Below are positions 1 to 9,950 of a stretch of DNA of 36,520 nucleotides, piece after piece. Every line of letters begins with the position of its first letter. The stretch's first letter is position 1. The notes under the pieces were generated by a model. It saw only the letters and a list, made by a program, of their open reading frames with translations, made no database searches and was not told the origin of the DNA. The stretch spans positions 1-36,520 of the forward strand of contig JAHQXB010000024.1 of NCBI GenBank assembly GCA_029856435.1, written 5' to 3'. Source of the stretch: Candidatus Jordarchaeia archaeon. Lineage in GTDB: Archaea; Asgardarchaeota; Jordiarchaeia; Jordiarchaeales; Jordiarchaeaceae. Made by a program: the position numbers and the translations under genes.

Positions 1-237
1 GCTTCCAGCGTTTAGAGTAGGCTTTACGCCCATCTCCTCATCTGCTGGTTCGGGGGCTCACGGCTCCCCCATCCCATAGAGCTCGTTACCCTATGGGCTA
101 TATTTACACACGCATTCAGGTCTATGTCGTATTTTCTGCAAGGGAACATCCCAAAAACTTTTTAGATTGTAAGAGTTATTTAAGTTCAACCGCAATTCAT
201 CCCCCCCTTTCGGAAGGGGTCTTCTTGCGAAGTGTAT
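1..237 (-). mobile_element. IS200/IS605-family non-autonomous miniature element (PATE/MITE-like); right end runs off the window
   Basis: Left-end hairpin CCCCTT-TCGG-AAGGGG at 204-219 lies within CAATTCATCC...GGTCTTCTTG, the same context as the element at 15817-16242. TTTAT lies just outside on the minus strand (238-242). It contains a tnpB 3' remnant and ends in GGAAGC (the start of the right-end guide/hairpin) at the window edge. Confidence 0.8.
24..149 (-). pseudogene. tnpB: TnpB C-terminal remnant (RuvC-III motif plus omegaRNA-overlapping tail)
   Basis: The minus strand reads MFPCRKYDIDLNACVNIAHRVTSSMGWGSREPPNQQMRRWA*. DxDLNACVNIA matches the TnpB (R/D)DxNAAxNI motif. An in-frame stop lies a few codons upstream, so the gene is truncated. 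It is not in the ORF track. Confidence 0.75.
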
Positions 238-359
238 ATAAAAAGGTTGAGTTGGCGGGTAATAGTTTCAATCAGAAGAAGGGGAAAAGGTCGAGAAGGT
301 TAGGGGGCTTTGTTTCCACCTTTTTGTGAACGTTGTATTATTCGATAGCCTTTTTTGGC

Positions 360-1019
360 TCATATTTTAATTCTATAAGCTTCGGGGAAAACTGATTCAG
401 ACGGGGAATATTTAGAGGGGGTGGTTGCAGTAGGGCATCCAATTTGAGGTTTAATTAGACTGTCTGTAGGGGGTAATGTTTTTGGCGAGATTGTTGATTT
501 ATTTAGGCTTTCTTGTGTTTCGAATATGATATGGTTTATGCTGTCCATGCTTTCTTGAACATTGACGTTTTGAGCTACGCTGGTTTCGAAGTATTTGGCG
601 TTAATCGTGGAACTGTATTCTCTCGCCTCGCTCTCATCAACTTGTCGGGGAAGATCAATTTTGTTACCTATAAGTATGCAGGGAACGTTACTAAGGACTC
701 CGTTTACTTCTTGGATCCATTTTTCGAGGTTTATGAAGGTTTCACGCCTTGTGACGTCATAAACGTAAATGATGCCTCGGGCGCCTCGGTAAAAGTTTTG
801 GCGTACAAACTTGAACTGCGGCTGGCCGCCTATGTCCCAATACTGGGAAATAATTTCTACACCGTTTATAGTCAGCTTTTTTGTGGCGAAATTTGCACCC
901 ACAGTTGCCATATAATTTACATTGAAGGTGTTTTGAGTATATTTCATAATGAGGCTGGTTTTACCTACACTTGCATCGCCGCATATGACGATTTTGTAAG
1001 TTTGTTTGGAGGCGGACAA
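360..1019 (-). CDS. Rab-like small GTPase (Ras superfamily) with a Pro/Ser/Thr-rich C-terminal tail
   Basis: G1 GDASVGKT, switch I YMATVGANF, G3 WDIGGQ, RQNFYRGARG, YVYDVT, G4 NKID, G5 ETSV. TTG start. Confidence 0.95.
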   Translation of the reverse strand: MSASKQTYKIVICGDASVGKTSLIMKYTQNTFNVNYMATVGANFATKKLTINGVEIISQYWDIGGQPQFKFVRQNFYRGARGIIYVYDVTRRETFINLEKWIQEVNGVLSNVPCILIGNKIDLPRQVDESEAREYSSTINAKYFETSVAQNVNVQESMDSINHIIFETQESLNKSTISPKTLPPTDSLIKPQIGCPTATTPSKYSPSESVFPEAYRIKI

Positions 1020-1369
1020 TGGATTTTGCCTTCTTTCACTCCTTTTCCCTAATTTATAGTTAGGCTAAATAATATTTAAATTTTACTATGATGAAAAGTA
1101 TAAACAAAAATAAAAAGTATAACGAATTAATATCTATAAACATTTAAAAAAATCATATAAAATATAACAAAAGAAAAACCACCAGAATCAGGAAAACCAT
1201 CCACAGGAAGACCCAAAAACAAATGTTTAAAGCAGATTTAGAAAACCAAGCCTACCACATAAGCCTTAATCACCGATATCCAAAAAGATCCAAGTAAAAA
1301 ATAAAAATCGGAGACATAAGACTATTAGTTAGCCCCCAAGGTTCAACACTTCAATGGGAAGGATTTGCC

Positions 1370-1453
1370 TTGCGGAGAAAAATTTTAGCAATCATTTTGA
1401 TTCTACTATTCCTTGGAACCTTATTGGCCGCACTCTTTACAGCCATATATTAA
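1370..1453 (+). CDS. putative 27-aa single-pass membrane microprotein
   Basis: TTG start preceded by GGGAAGGA. Translation MRRKILAIILILLFLGTLLAALFTAIY*: basic N-terminus followed by an uninterrupted hydrophobic helix. Below the ORF-track cutoff. Confidence 0.4.
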   Translation: MRRKILAIILILLFLGTLLAALFTAIY

Positions 1454-1550
1454 TAGCAAAACAATTGCTCAGAAACAGGTGAGGTGTTAAAGTAGCTAAA
1501 AACTATTTAGATCATTGTGACTATCCTAACTCTTTCGAGTTACACAATTT

Positions 1551-2663
1551 TTATTCGGTTAGCGGTGCGTACTGTTGCAGTCTTCTGAGGGCTTGGGTTT
1601 TTTCTTTTGTCTCGGTTTTTGCTTCTTCCACCACTTTTTTTAGGAACGCTGTTGCCTCATCCATGGATTTTTTGTTAACCGGGTAAGGAACTCCATCTTT
1701 GCCCCCGAAGGCAAAAGAATATTTCACCGGGTCCTTCCAGCTGGGCGGTTTTCCATATATTAGTCCTGATATCATAGCTAGTGCTTTTACTGTGGATGGG
1801 CCTATTCCCCTGAAGGAGAGGAGTTCTTCATAGTTTTTGGGTTGAGCTTGGTAGGCTTTCATTAGGGCTTTCCAATTTACACTTTTCAAGAGGTTGAGGT
1901 GTAAGGGAGGAGATACATTGGTTTGAGGCACCCATTTTAGGAGAGTCTCCTGGTTTAGGGGTTTGTCTGATAATATGGTTTTGAGGTGCTGAGGATTATC
2001 ATTCACTAGGTCTGTTGATATTTTTCTACACTCCTCACTATATTTAGAGGTCATGTCCAGTACCTTTTTGTGGGAGACTTCTCCCACTATTGCGGTGTGC
2101 GGCTCCTCAACAAATGTTTTGAAGGTCCCTTTGAGCCAATGGTATCTGCGGGCTTTTCTGATTTCTGGATTCATACCTTGTTGTATTACGCTCCAATCAC
2201 CTTCCTCCGTTATAAAGATGCAGTGATGATAGAGCTGGTAACCGGCTTGTATGGCGGTGTTATCCACCTTTGCAGACATGCGGCTTGCATACTTTAGGTC
2301 TTCTACCTTTGCTTCCGAAAGATCAAAGAGTTCCCCTATTTGAGGTATTTCAAGAGGTGTCTTTCTGGAGGTTGAACCTTTACCTCCAGCTACCGCTATC
2401 CCGTGTTCTCCTGGCCTCATAGCTAGCTTTAGGGCTGAGCATGTTACCGTGGTGGTTCCGGAGCTGTGCCAGTCGAAACCCAACACGCAGGACAGAGCTT
2501 GGAAGAAGAAGGGGTTTGAGAGTCTCTGGATTAATTCCTTTGCCCCATACTCATCGATGATTATGGAAACTATGGCATCTGCCAGCTTAACCATACGGCC
2601 GAATAGCCACTTTGGAGCCTTTCCTCCATGCAAGGGGAGATCTGCAACACCTGCCCGGTACAT
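1551..2663 (-). CDS. DUF763 domain-containing protein
   Basis: Family signature motifs: ADLPLHGGKAPKWLF, RLSNPFFFQALSCVLGFDWHSSGTTT, SAKVDNTAIQAGYQLYHH, FSFAFGGKDGVPYPV. Likely start ATG 2663 (ORF track starts at 2687). Confidence 0.92.
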   Translation of the reverse strand: MYRAGVADLPLHGGKAPKWLFGRMVKLADAIVSIIIDEYGAKELIQRLSNPFFFQALSCVLGFDWHSSGTTTVTCSALKLAMRPGEHGIAVAGGKGSTSRKTPLEIPQIGELFDLSEAKVEDLKYASRMSAKVDNTAIQAGYQLYHHCIFITEEGDWSVIQQGMNPEIRKARRYHWLKGTFKTFVEEPHTAIVGEVSHKKVLDMTSKYSEECRKISTDLVNDNPQHLKTILSDKPLNQETLLKWVPQTNVSPPLHLNLLKSVNWKALMKAYQAQPKNYEELLSFRGIGPSTVKALAMISGLIYGKPPSWKDPVKYSFAFGGKDGVPYPVNKKSMDEATAFLKKVVEEAKTETKEKTQALRRLQQYAPLTE

Positions 2664-2784
2664 CCTTCCTTCATCCCTAAGAATCACTGAAACGTAGATG
2701 AATTTAAATTGTTCCCAAAAAATTAGAGAAATATAAAATATGTGTTAAAAATGAAAATGATAATTACAAAAAGTTTCTTGGTTT

Positions 2785-3969
2785 TTAGAATTCGGCAAGG
2801 GTAGTTACGGGTTTTACGCGATTCTTTGCAGTAAAGAGTTGGTATAATTCCACTAGTTCTTCGTGGGCTACACTTGTTTTCCTGCCAAAAAGGTACTGTT
2901 CCTGTATCTTGTTTAAAATCTTGCTTATGACGGGGTCTGTTTTTTCGACATTTATACCAAATTCTTTAAGTATGAAGACTATACTTTCTCTACCTGTTGT
3001 CTCCCCTATGACTATCTTGTCTCTCATAGAACCTTCTTTTATGCCCACCTCTGCAGCCCTCACTTTTTCATAAAGGTTCACGTCTCTGAGTACACCGTGA
3101 GCATGAATGCCGGACTCGTGGCGGTAAATGTTTAAACCAGTAATGGGAGTGTTTGGTGGCGGGTCTATGCCAGACACGTTTTGCACAAATGTGGCTAGTT
3201 CTGCCAGTTTGCTCACATCGTATTTCTTGATGTTGAAGTGTTTGTAGAGATTGTATAGGACTTGCTCAAGGGAGGTGAAGCCGCCGCGTTCGCCCAATCT
3301 GCAGACACTGGTGTCCAGCCACTTGGCTCCTGCCCTGTATGCTTCTAGAGTGTTACCCACACCCAAACCCATATCGTCGTGCCCATGAAATTCTATGTCC
3401 ACTTTAATTCTCTTTGCGAGTTTTGAGATGATGTTGTATGTTTCATGAGGTATGAGTTCTCCCAATGTATCGCAGTATCTTATTCTGTCTGCGCCTGCTT
3501 CGGTGACTGCGTCAGCGAAGTCTATTAGGTATTCGGGTTCTGTGCCAACACTTTTTTCAGCGTTTACAGATACGTATAAATCGTGCTCTTTTGCGAAGGA
3601 TACCGCTTCGCACATGTTTTCTATTATTTGTTCCTTGGTCATCTGTAGTTTCTGTTCACGATGATGTTTTTCTGTTGCTATGGACAGAGCTACGGCTCCG
3701 AATTTAAGTTTGGTGTTAAGAGATTTCTCTAGGTCTACTTTTAAGCCCCTGTGCCAGACTAGCAACTTTTTATCTAGTCCTATTTTGTTTAGTTCTCGTA
3801 TCAAGAAGTAATCTTTGAGCACGTATCCGGGACAAAAGACTTCTATTTGGTCTATTCCTATCTCGTCCAGCCTTTTGGCTATTTCTACGCACTCATATAG
3901 TGTGAAGTATACTCCAGGCATCTGCCTGCCGTCTCTCAGAGTAGTATCACAAATGTATACATCATGCAT
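2785..3969 (-). CDS. homocitrate/2-isopropylmalate synthase-family (DRE-TIM) enzyme without the C-terminal regulatory domain
   Basis: DTTLRDGRQ, FHGHDDMG metal site, LGERGG, HESGIHAHG. Substrate cannot be determined from motifs. Confidence 0.88.
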   Translation of the reverse strand: MHDVYICDTTLRDGRQMPGVYFTLYECVEIAKRLDEIGIDQIEVFCPGYVLKDYFLIRELNKIGLDKKLLVWHRGLKVDLEKSLNTKLKFGAVALSIATEKHHREQKLQMTKEQIIENMCEAVSFAKEHDLYVSVNAEKSVGTEPEYLIDFADAVTEAGADRIRYCDTLGELIPHETYNIISKLAKRIKVDIEFHGHDDMGLGVGNTLEAYRAGAKWLDTSVCRLGERGGFTSLEQVLYNLYKHFNIKKYDVSKLAELATFVQNVSGIDPPPNTPITGLNIYRHESGIHAHGVLRDVNLYEKVRAAEVGIKEGSMRDKIVIGETTGRESIVFILKEFGINVEKTDPVISKILNKIQEQYLFGRKTSVAHEELVELYQLFTAKNRVKPVTTLAEF

Positions 3970-4246
3970 TTACTACACCTTTGATACAAATCATATTTTT
4001 TCCACTCAGTTCCTTAAGGGTAGGAAATTGGTTTGTTACTATGCATTCATTATTTATATTTGTATCGGAAATATATACTTGTACCAAATAAAATTTGATT
4101 ATTAATTTACATATGTAAAAATAAATTTGGTACAATGTAAACATTTTTATTTTTATGTTAAATTTATTGGAGACAACTATTTTTAACTCTATCGGAAAAA
4201 TTCAAGTGGGAGATGGTTCCGGCCGCAAATCCTTCTATTGTCACTC

Positions 4247-4936
4247 CTATTCTGTTTTTCCCAATTCGGGGTAAAATCGGCTTGCTGAGTCGCAGATCCC
4301 ATTTAGAACACACTTCGGACATTTAGGTTTAGGCTTACAGATGCGCCTTCCATGCTCAATCATGTTTATGTGAAATGAGTAAACTTGCTCTTCGGGAACA
4401 ATTTTTTGGAGTATTTTGTGTGCCTTAAGGCGGTCTGCGTTTCCAATTAGGCTAAGTCTTTTTGATACTCGATGAATATGGGTATCTACGGGTAGAACTG
4501 GCTTGCCGAATGAGAAGAGAAGGACACAGGCCGCGGTTTTTGGACCCACACCTTTGAGCTTTGTGAGAAAGGATAACGCTTCCTCCGTGGGAATTTCTTT
4601 TAGGTAAGATAAGTCAAGATTTCTTCTCTTCTCCATAATTGCGACAAGTGTTCCCTTTATCCTCTTGGCTTTAATGTTGCCCAGCCCGCCAATCCTTATG
4701 ACTTCTGCTATTTCCTCTTCAGAGGCGCCTATGAGGTCTTCCCAAACAGGATATTTTCTCTTCAGGTTAGAGAAGGCAGAATAACTATTTCTATCGGAAG
4801 TGTTCTGAGACAATATGGTTAGCACCAGCTGGTCGAGGGGGTCAAACTTCTTTTTCCACTTTTTCTCTCCATACTCCCGATTCAGAAGCTCTATTACTCT
4901 AATTACCTTCACATTCACACCCGTACTTTCCTCCAA
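4247..4936 (-). CDS. nth: endonuclease III (HhH-GPD, 4Fe-4S)
   Basis: ILSQNTSD, HhH LKGVGPKTA, LPVDTHIHRV, Fe-S cluster CKPKPKCPKCVLNGIC. Confidence 0.9.
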   Translation of the reverse strand: MEESTGVNVKVIRVIELLNREYGEKKWKKKFDPLDQLVLTILSQNTSDRNSYSAFSNLKRKYPVWEDLIGASEEEIAEVIRIGGLGNIKAKRIKGTLVAIMEKRRNLDLSYLKEIPTEEALSFLTKLKGVGPKTAACVLLFSFGKPVLPVDTHIHRVSKRLSLIGNADRLKAHKILQKIVPEEQVYSFHINMIEHGRRICKPKPKCPKCVLNGICDSASRFYPELGKTE

Positions 4937-5054
4937 AAATGTTAATTTTTACACAAGCCCCCTAACAGGCTAATGGGAAAAAATCCTTTGTATATCTTAA
5001 ATTTTCCAACAAAAGAAACGAATAAAATGAAAAAAGGGGGAATTTAGGACTTGT

Positions 5055-6098
5055 CTATTTTGGTTCTAGTTTTTTGAAGACTGCTGGTGCAATCAGTGTT
5101 ACCCATAATCCCATTAGGGCATAAACTGGGAATTGAAGCGGCCCCCAAGGAACCTTGTCTAAGAGGTAGTATGCGGGCAGAGCAACTATTGCGCCTAGAA
5201 TAATTCTTATGACAGCGTACTTCCAAGACTTTGGTGTTGTAAAATGAACATATTTTTGTTCCAAGATTGCTCCTGAAAGGAAGCCTGCTATAGCCCCAGG
5301 AAGATACCAACTTATTCCCCATTCAAAGGGATATACTATGAGCAATATGAGTGGTAGAGTTCCCGTTATGTAGCCAGCGGTGAGTAGATATAGGTACCAG
5401 CCCACTTCCCAGTTGAAGGGAATTACTGAAGCAATGAGGAGGAGAACAATAACTATGATTACTATCCTAATCCAAGTACTCTTTGGAAGTTTTGCATCGA
5501 TTAAGCTCCAGGTTCTATCAGCAATTAGCGCAAACACTGCAAAGATGAGTAGTCCTAGGAGGATGCCGAAAATCACGTCTGTGGGCCAATGTGCTCCCAA
5601 GTAAACTCTGCTTATGGAAACAAGGACTGACACCAAGGCGGCTAGTGCAAATAGGAGGATACCCCGTTTTGACACTGCGGGGGCTTCCTTCTTTGCAAGC
5701 CAAGCAAGTGTAAACGCGGCGGCGGTGACTGTTTGTGCATGTCCACTAGGCATTGAGGGCCCCTCTGGAAAGTATAGTTTCTTGGACTCGAAGAATGAGG
5801 GTCTGGGCCGGCCAATAACATATTTTAGAGTGAAGTTGATAAGCGAGCTGAAAACGAGGAGCAGTGCTAGAAATATGCCTTCCCGCTTGTAGCCAAGCCA
5901 GTATATTATTGCAGTTAGTACAAATAAGGCCATTTCGTTCCCCAAAGAGGTGATAACAAACCAGAATTTGTCAAGAAGGGGATTCCCACCAAGGAATCCC
6001 CAAGGGGTCCAGAAACTTCCCTGAATAGTCCAAAGAACTCCTAGATCCCAAGTATACCAGTAATTTAGAGCCATAATTAGAAATAGAGATTCTTCCAT
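5055..6098 (-). CDS. PAP2-family membrane phosphatase
   Basis: Motifs KYVIGRPRP, PSGH and SRVYLGAHWPTDV; multiple hydrophobic helices. Confidence 0.93.
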   Translation of the reverse strand: MEESLFLIMALNYWYTWDLGVLWTIQGSFWTPWGFLGGNPLLDKFWFVITSLGNEMALFVLTAIIYWLGYKREGIFLALLLVFSSLINFTLKYVIGRPRPSFFESKKLYFPEGPSMPSGHAQTVTAAAFTLAWLAKKEAPAVSKRGILLFALAALVSVLVSISRVYLGAHWPTDVIFGILLGLLIFAVFALIADRTWSLIDAKLPKSTWIRIVIIVIVLLLIASVIPFNWEVGWYLYLLTAGYITGTLPLILLIVYPFEWGISWYLPGAIAGFLSGAILEQKYVHFTTPKSWKYAVIRIILGAIVALPAYYLLDKVPWGPLQFPVYALMGLWVTLIAPAVFKKLEPK

Positions 6099-6576
6099 AA
6101 CTTTTTCACCATATAATTTTCCTTACTGTTTTTTTTGAGCTCAATGTAATTACTGTTTACCATCTTAAGAATATAAAAATTCGTTTTTTGAAAAAAAGAT
6201 GGAGTAGTTCTTCCTTGGAATGATAAAAAAGATCTCCCTGTATAGGATAATGGAGAGTTGATTGGGGTTTGAATGGAGTGTGTCTATTAAAGGCTTCACA
6301 ATTTTGAGTCCTCGAAGAGAATTAAACTCTATTCTTACATTCCTTCTTCAAGCTCTGTGGAGGGTGTATGGGGGATCAAAAAAATGTTTGGAGTAAGTTT
6401 TATTTCTTTGAAATAAGTAACTACTAAAAGTGTGTTTGTCTCTCTGCTGGCAGGATTTTGGCGAAATCCATAAAGGTATATTAAAAAATAATTTTAATAG
6501 TAAAATATTTATTATTTAAAAATCGTAGAAGAATATAATAAATATGTTAAAAGTGTAGCTGTTTATTTCCCGGTTT

Positions 6577-8109
6577 ATGGGTTTTCCGAGAAGAAAGCCT
6601 ATGTTTAGTTTGGAAAGTGTAGTGAGCAAACTTATCCCAACGTGGGCAGAATACTTACTTCAACCGCCTCTTTCAGCCCAGATAATTTTCACTTTAATTC
6701 TTTTAGTCACATTCATTTTGATTGCAACTAGGCGCATTCATGGAACTGTTGCGGCTCTGGGAGGCGCGGTGGCCACACTTATTTTTGGAGTCTATTTCTC
6801 AAAAGTTTATTACTGGGTTCCCTACTTTACATTCTATGTCTCGGGAGGTCTGGTAATCAGAGAACTACTTTTTTCAGCCAGCGATGTTTATAAAGAGTTT
6901 ATAGATTGGTCCACTCTGCTCATCATTATTTCTGTTGTTATTATTACTACGGTTGCTAGCCACTCCGGACTATTCGAGTACATTATACTTAAGGTGGTGA
7001 AACTTAGTGGAGGGGACATAAGAAAACTCTTTCTCAGCATATGGTTTTTGGCTTTTCTTCTAACCATGTTGCTAAGCGGTGACCCAACAGCAATCATGCT
7101 AACTCCCCTAATATTGTTAATATGTAAGGTATTGGACTTAAATCCTGCACCCTACTTATTTGGCACCGTCTTCGTGGTTAACGTAGCTGCTGCTTCCACC
7201 CTTGTCGCTAGTTTCATAAACATTCTGGTATCTGGTCATTACAATTCTGATCCGTCACGCTGGCTATCCTATCCTACATTTATGGTTTTAGGTTTGCCCT
7301 TCTCTCTTCTCTGCATGGGTATAGTAATACTATTTGTATTCCGCAGGTATGGAGAAGCCTTCAGGGTGCCACAAGAAAAAGCCGAGTATTGGGAGTTGAG
7401 AGCGGAGTTGCTATCCTTGGATGCAAAAATTCTGATAGAAAATCCAAAAATGTTTCGGAGGCTGAGCGTACTTCTGACAACGGCTGTAATAGGTTTTATA
7501 GTTGCGGGATTGTTACACGTCCCATTTTATGTGGTTTCCCTGTTTTTTGCCTTCGCCTTCATTTTGGTGAGCGGAGTTGATCCTGTTAAAACCCTTAGGG
7601 AGGTGGATTGGAGCCTAGTGTTCTTCTTTATAGGAGTATTCATAATTGTGGGTGGGGTACACAGCACCAAAATCTTGGAAAGTCTTGGAAGTAATCTTGG
7701 TAGCCTGACGACTGGCAATGTTCTAGGAACAATCAGCCTCGTGACATTATTTTGTGGTTTATTATCAGGAGTGATGGACAACATTTCTGTAACTACAGCA
7801 CTATTGTACGTTACACCCAGCCTATCCGCATCCGCCATAATAAATCAAAACCTCATAATATGGTCACTAATATTCGGATCTAATGTGGGAAATAATCTAA
7901 CTCCCATAGGAAGCTTACCAAACCTCCTAGCCCTCACAAGCTTGGAAAAAGAGAATATTAGAGTTACATGGTTTGAATTTATGAAACTAGGAGTGCCCAT
8001 AGTAATCATATGTCTCTTTGCCGCCATACTGTCGCTAACTTTAATTGGACACATTCTCGGTTGGGGAGTAGACATCACCAGTCTCTTCTCCTATCTATAC
8101 TCGCAGTAG
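6577..8109 (+). CDS. ArsB/NhaD (IT superfamily, OCA2/P-protein-like) transporter, paralog 1
   Basis: IDWSTL..., SGLFEY..., VDWSLVFFFIGVFIIVGG, MDNIS, GSNVGNNLTPIGSLPN; about 12-13 hydrophobic segments. The start could be ATG 6601. Confidence 0.88.
   Translation: MGFPRRKPMFSLESVVSKLIPTWAEYLLQPPLSAQIIFTLILLVTFILIATRRIHGTVAALGGAVATLIFGVYFSKVYYWVPYFTFYVSGGLVIRELLFSASDVYKEFIDWSTLLIIISVVIITTVASHSGLFEYIILKVVKLSGGDIRKLFLSIWFLAFLLTMLLSGDPTAIMLTPLILLICKVLDLNPAPYLFGTVFVVNVAAASTLVASFINILVSGHYNSDPSRWLSYPTFMVLGLPFSLLCMGIVILFVFRRYGEAFRVPQEKAEYWELRAELLSLDAKILIENPKMFRRLSVLLTTAVIGFIVAGLLHVPFYVVSLFFAFAFILVSGVDPVKTLREVDWSLVFFFIGVFIIVGGVHSTKILESLGSNLGSLTTGNVLGTISLVTLFCGLLSGVMDNISVTTALLYVTPSLSASAIINQNLIIWSLIFGSNVGNNLTPIGSLPNLLALTSLEKENIRVTWFEFMKLGVPIVIICLFAAILSLTLIGHILGWGVDITSLFSYLYSQ
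6971..7031 (+). repeat. 61-nt near-identical segment shared by the two transporter paralogs (copy 1)
   Basis: Identical to 8806-8866 except for one T/C difference. Confidence 0.9.
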
Positions 8110-8432
8110 AGCATCTTAAAGATAGAAACCTTTTGACACTCTTCGTAACTAAAGTGAGAAGCCTTCACGCCGACGTTTTGGAAGTATTTTGTCTTAAACC
8201 CTCCGTAAGACGTGTTTCTGGGAAAATTACAAAAATGTTTTCCATAGTGAAGGTTTAAAGCTAACAGCTAAATCGAGAATTAGTTAAATTCAAGAAATAG
8301 CATGTTAAATGCCTTAAAATTTAAAAAGTTTTTCTTTGATATATATTTAAAACATCTAAAGGTAAAACGCTCAGCCGCCCTAATTTTGCCTTCGTAAGAT
8401 TTAAGGTGCCGATTGGATAGGAGTGTAAGGAT

Positions 8433-9950
8433 ATGCTCTGTTTAAAGGAAGCTATGGATGTACTAATCCCGGATTGGGCCAATTACCTACTGAAGTTGCA
8501 TCTTTTTCCGGCCCAAATAGTTTTCACAGTTATAGTTATTGTTGCTTTTGTGTTGATAGCGGCTGGACGCCTCAATAGGACAGTTGTAGCTCTGGGGGGA
8601 GCGGTAGCTACACTTGCTGCCGGATATTATTTTGCCGTGATATATTCTTGGGTTCCCATTTTCAAGTGGTTTGCGTCTGGGGGGTTTGTTTATTCGGCGC
8701 TACTGTTTTCTTTTGAAGACGTTTATAAAGAATTTATTAGCTGGTCCACCCTGCTCATAGTTATTTCTATAGTTATTATTACTACTGTTGCCAGCCACTC
8801 GGGAATATTCGAGTACATTATACTTAAGGTGGTGAAACTCAGTGGAGGGGACATAAGAAAACTCTTCCTCTATCTGTGCATACTCTCATTTGTTTTGACT
8901 ATGATTTTGGGAAATAATCCCACCCTGATAATAATGAGCGCCTTAATATTCCTAATAGATAGAATTCTTGACCTCAACCCTGTTCCTCACATACTCGGGA
9001 TTCTGTTCGTAATCAATGCAGCAAGCAACTCAACAGTCATTGGTAGTTTTGTAAACTTGCTAGTTTCAGGCCATTATGATTTGGATCCCACACGTTATCT
9101 CTCTTATCCCAACTTTTTGCTGCTAGGATTGCCCTTCGGAGTAGTAAGTGCAGTGATTGCTTTGTTCTTTTTGTTCCACTACCATAAAGAGGCCTTCCAA
9201 GTTCCTAAGGATAAAGAAGAATTCTTTGAGATAAGGTCTAGACTGCTCAGCCTAGATGAACATAAATTGATGAAGGAACCGAAATTCTTCCAGCGGATAA
9301 GTATTCTGCTCATAGCAACCGTTTTAGTATTTGTAGTGGCGGGATTTTTCGGCGTACCATTCTATGTGGTAGCACTATTGTTCGCTTTTCTTTTTCTCGT
9401 TATTAGTGGAGAAAACCCGGAGAAAACTTTGCGTGAAGTAAACTGGAGTCTCATATTCTTTTTTATAGGGATATTCATTATGGTGGGTGGACTTAATAGC
9501 ACGGGGGTTTTAGAAAATTTGGGAAGCAGTCTTGGAAAACTTACAGTTACCAACGTCCCACTGACAACCGCCCTTGTAACAATGCTAAGCAGCACACTAT
9601 CCGGAGTGCTCTACAACATTTCTGTAGCATCAGCATTGCTATACGTTACACCCAGCCTATCCGCATCCGCTCTGGTAAACGAAAACATAGTGATATGGTC
9701 ACTTATATATGGAGCAAATATTGGAGCCAGCCTAACCCCCATAGGGGGACTCCCAAGCCTAATTGCAGTAACATCACTAGAGAAAGAGGGGCATCCTATC
9801 CCTTGGGTCAAATTTATAAAAATTGGGGCACCCATCACACTGGTAAGTGCGATTGCAGGCATATTTCTGCTCGTAGGCTTTTCATACATACTAGGCTGGG
9901 AAGTGGATATATCAAGCTTACTAGAAATTTTGTATGTGTTTAGCTCCTAG
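8433..9950 (+). CDS. ArsB/NhaD (IT superfamily, OCA2/P-protein-like) transporter, paralog 2
   Basis: Collinear with the 6577-8109 product (ISWSTL, SGIFEY, VNWSLIFFFIGIFIMVGG, GANIGASLTPIGGLPS). Likely start ATG 8454. Confidence 0.88.
   Translation: MLCLKEAMDVLIPDWANYLLKLHLFPAQIVFTVIVIVAFVLIAAGRLNRTVVALGGAVATLAAGYYFAVIYSWVPIFKWFASGGFVYSALLFSFEDVYKEFISWSTLLIVISIVIITTVASHSGIFEYIILKVVKLSGGDIRKLFLYLCILSFVLTMILGNNPTLIIMSALIFLIDRILDLNPVPHILGILFVINAASNSTVIGSFVNLLVSGHYDLDPTRYLSYPNFLLLGLPFGVVSAVIALFFLFHYHKEAFQVPKDKEEFFEIRSRLLSLDEHKLMKEPKFFQRISILLIATVLVFVVAGFFGVPFYVVALLFAFLFLVISGENPEKTLREVNWSLIFFFIGIFIMVGGLNSTGVLENLGSSLGKLTVTNVPLTTALVTMLSSTLSGVLYNISVASALLYVTPSLSASALVNENIVIWSLIYGANIGASLTPIGGLPSLIAVTSLEKEGHPIPWVKFIKIGAPITLVSAIAGIFLLVGFSYILGWEVDISSLLEILYVFSS
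8806..8866 (+). repeat. 61-nt near-identical segment shared by the two transporter paralogs (copy 2)
   Basis: Identical to 6971-7031 except for one position. Confidence 0.9.

Noticed and set aside
93-329. 78-aa + strand ORF
   Set aside because: It overlaps the IS605-type left end and the antisense tnpB remnant, and has no protein features.
6190-6430. Possible riboswitch or inverted repeat (AGTAGTT/AACTACT) upstream of the transporters
   Set aside because: Only a 7-bp match with no target duplication, and no fluoride, Mn, Na or c-di-AMP riboswitch consensus could be fitted.
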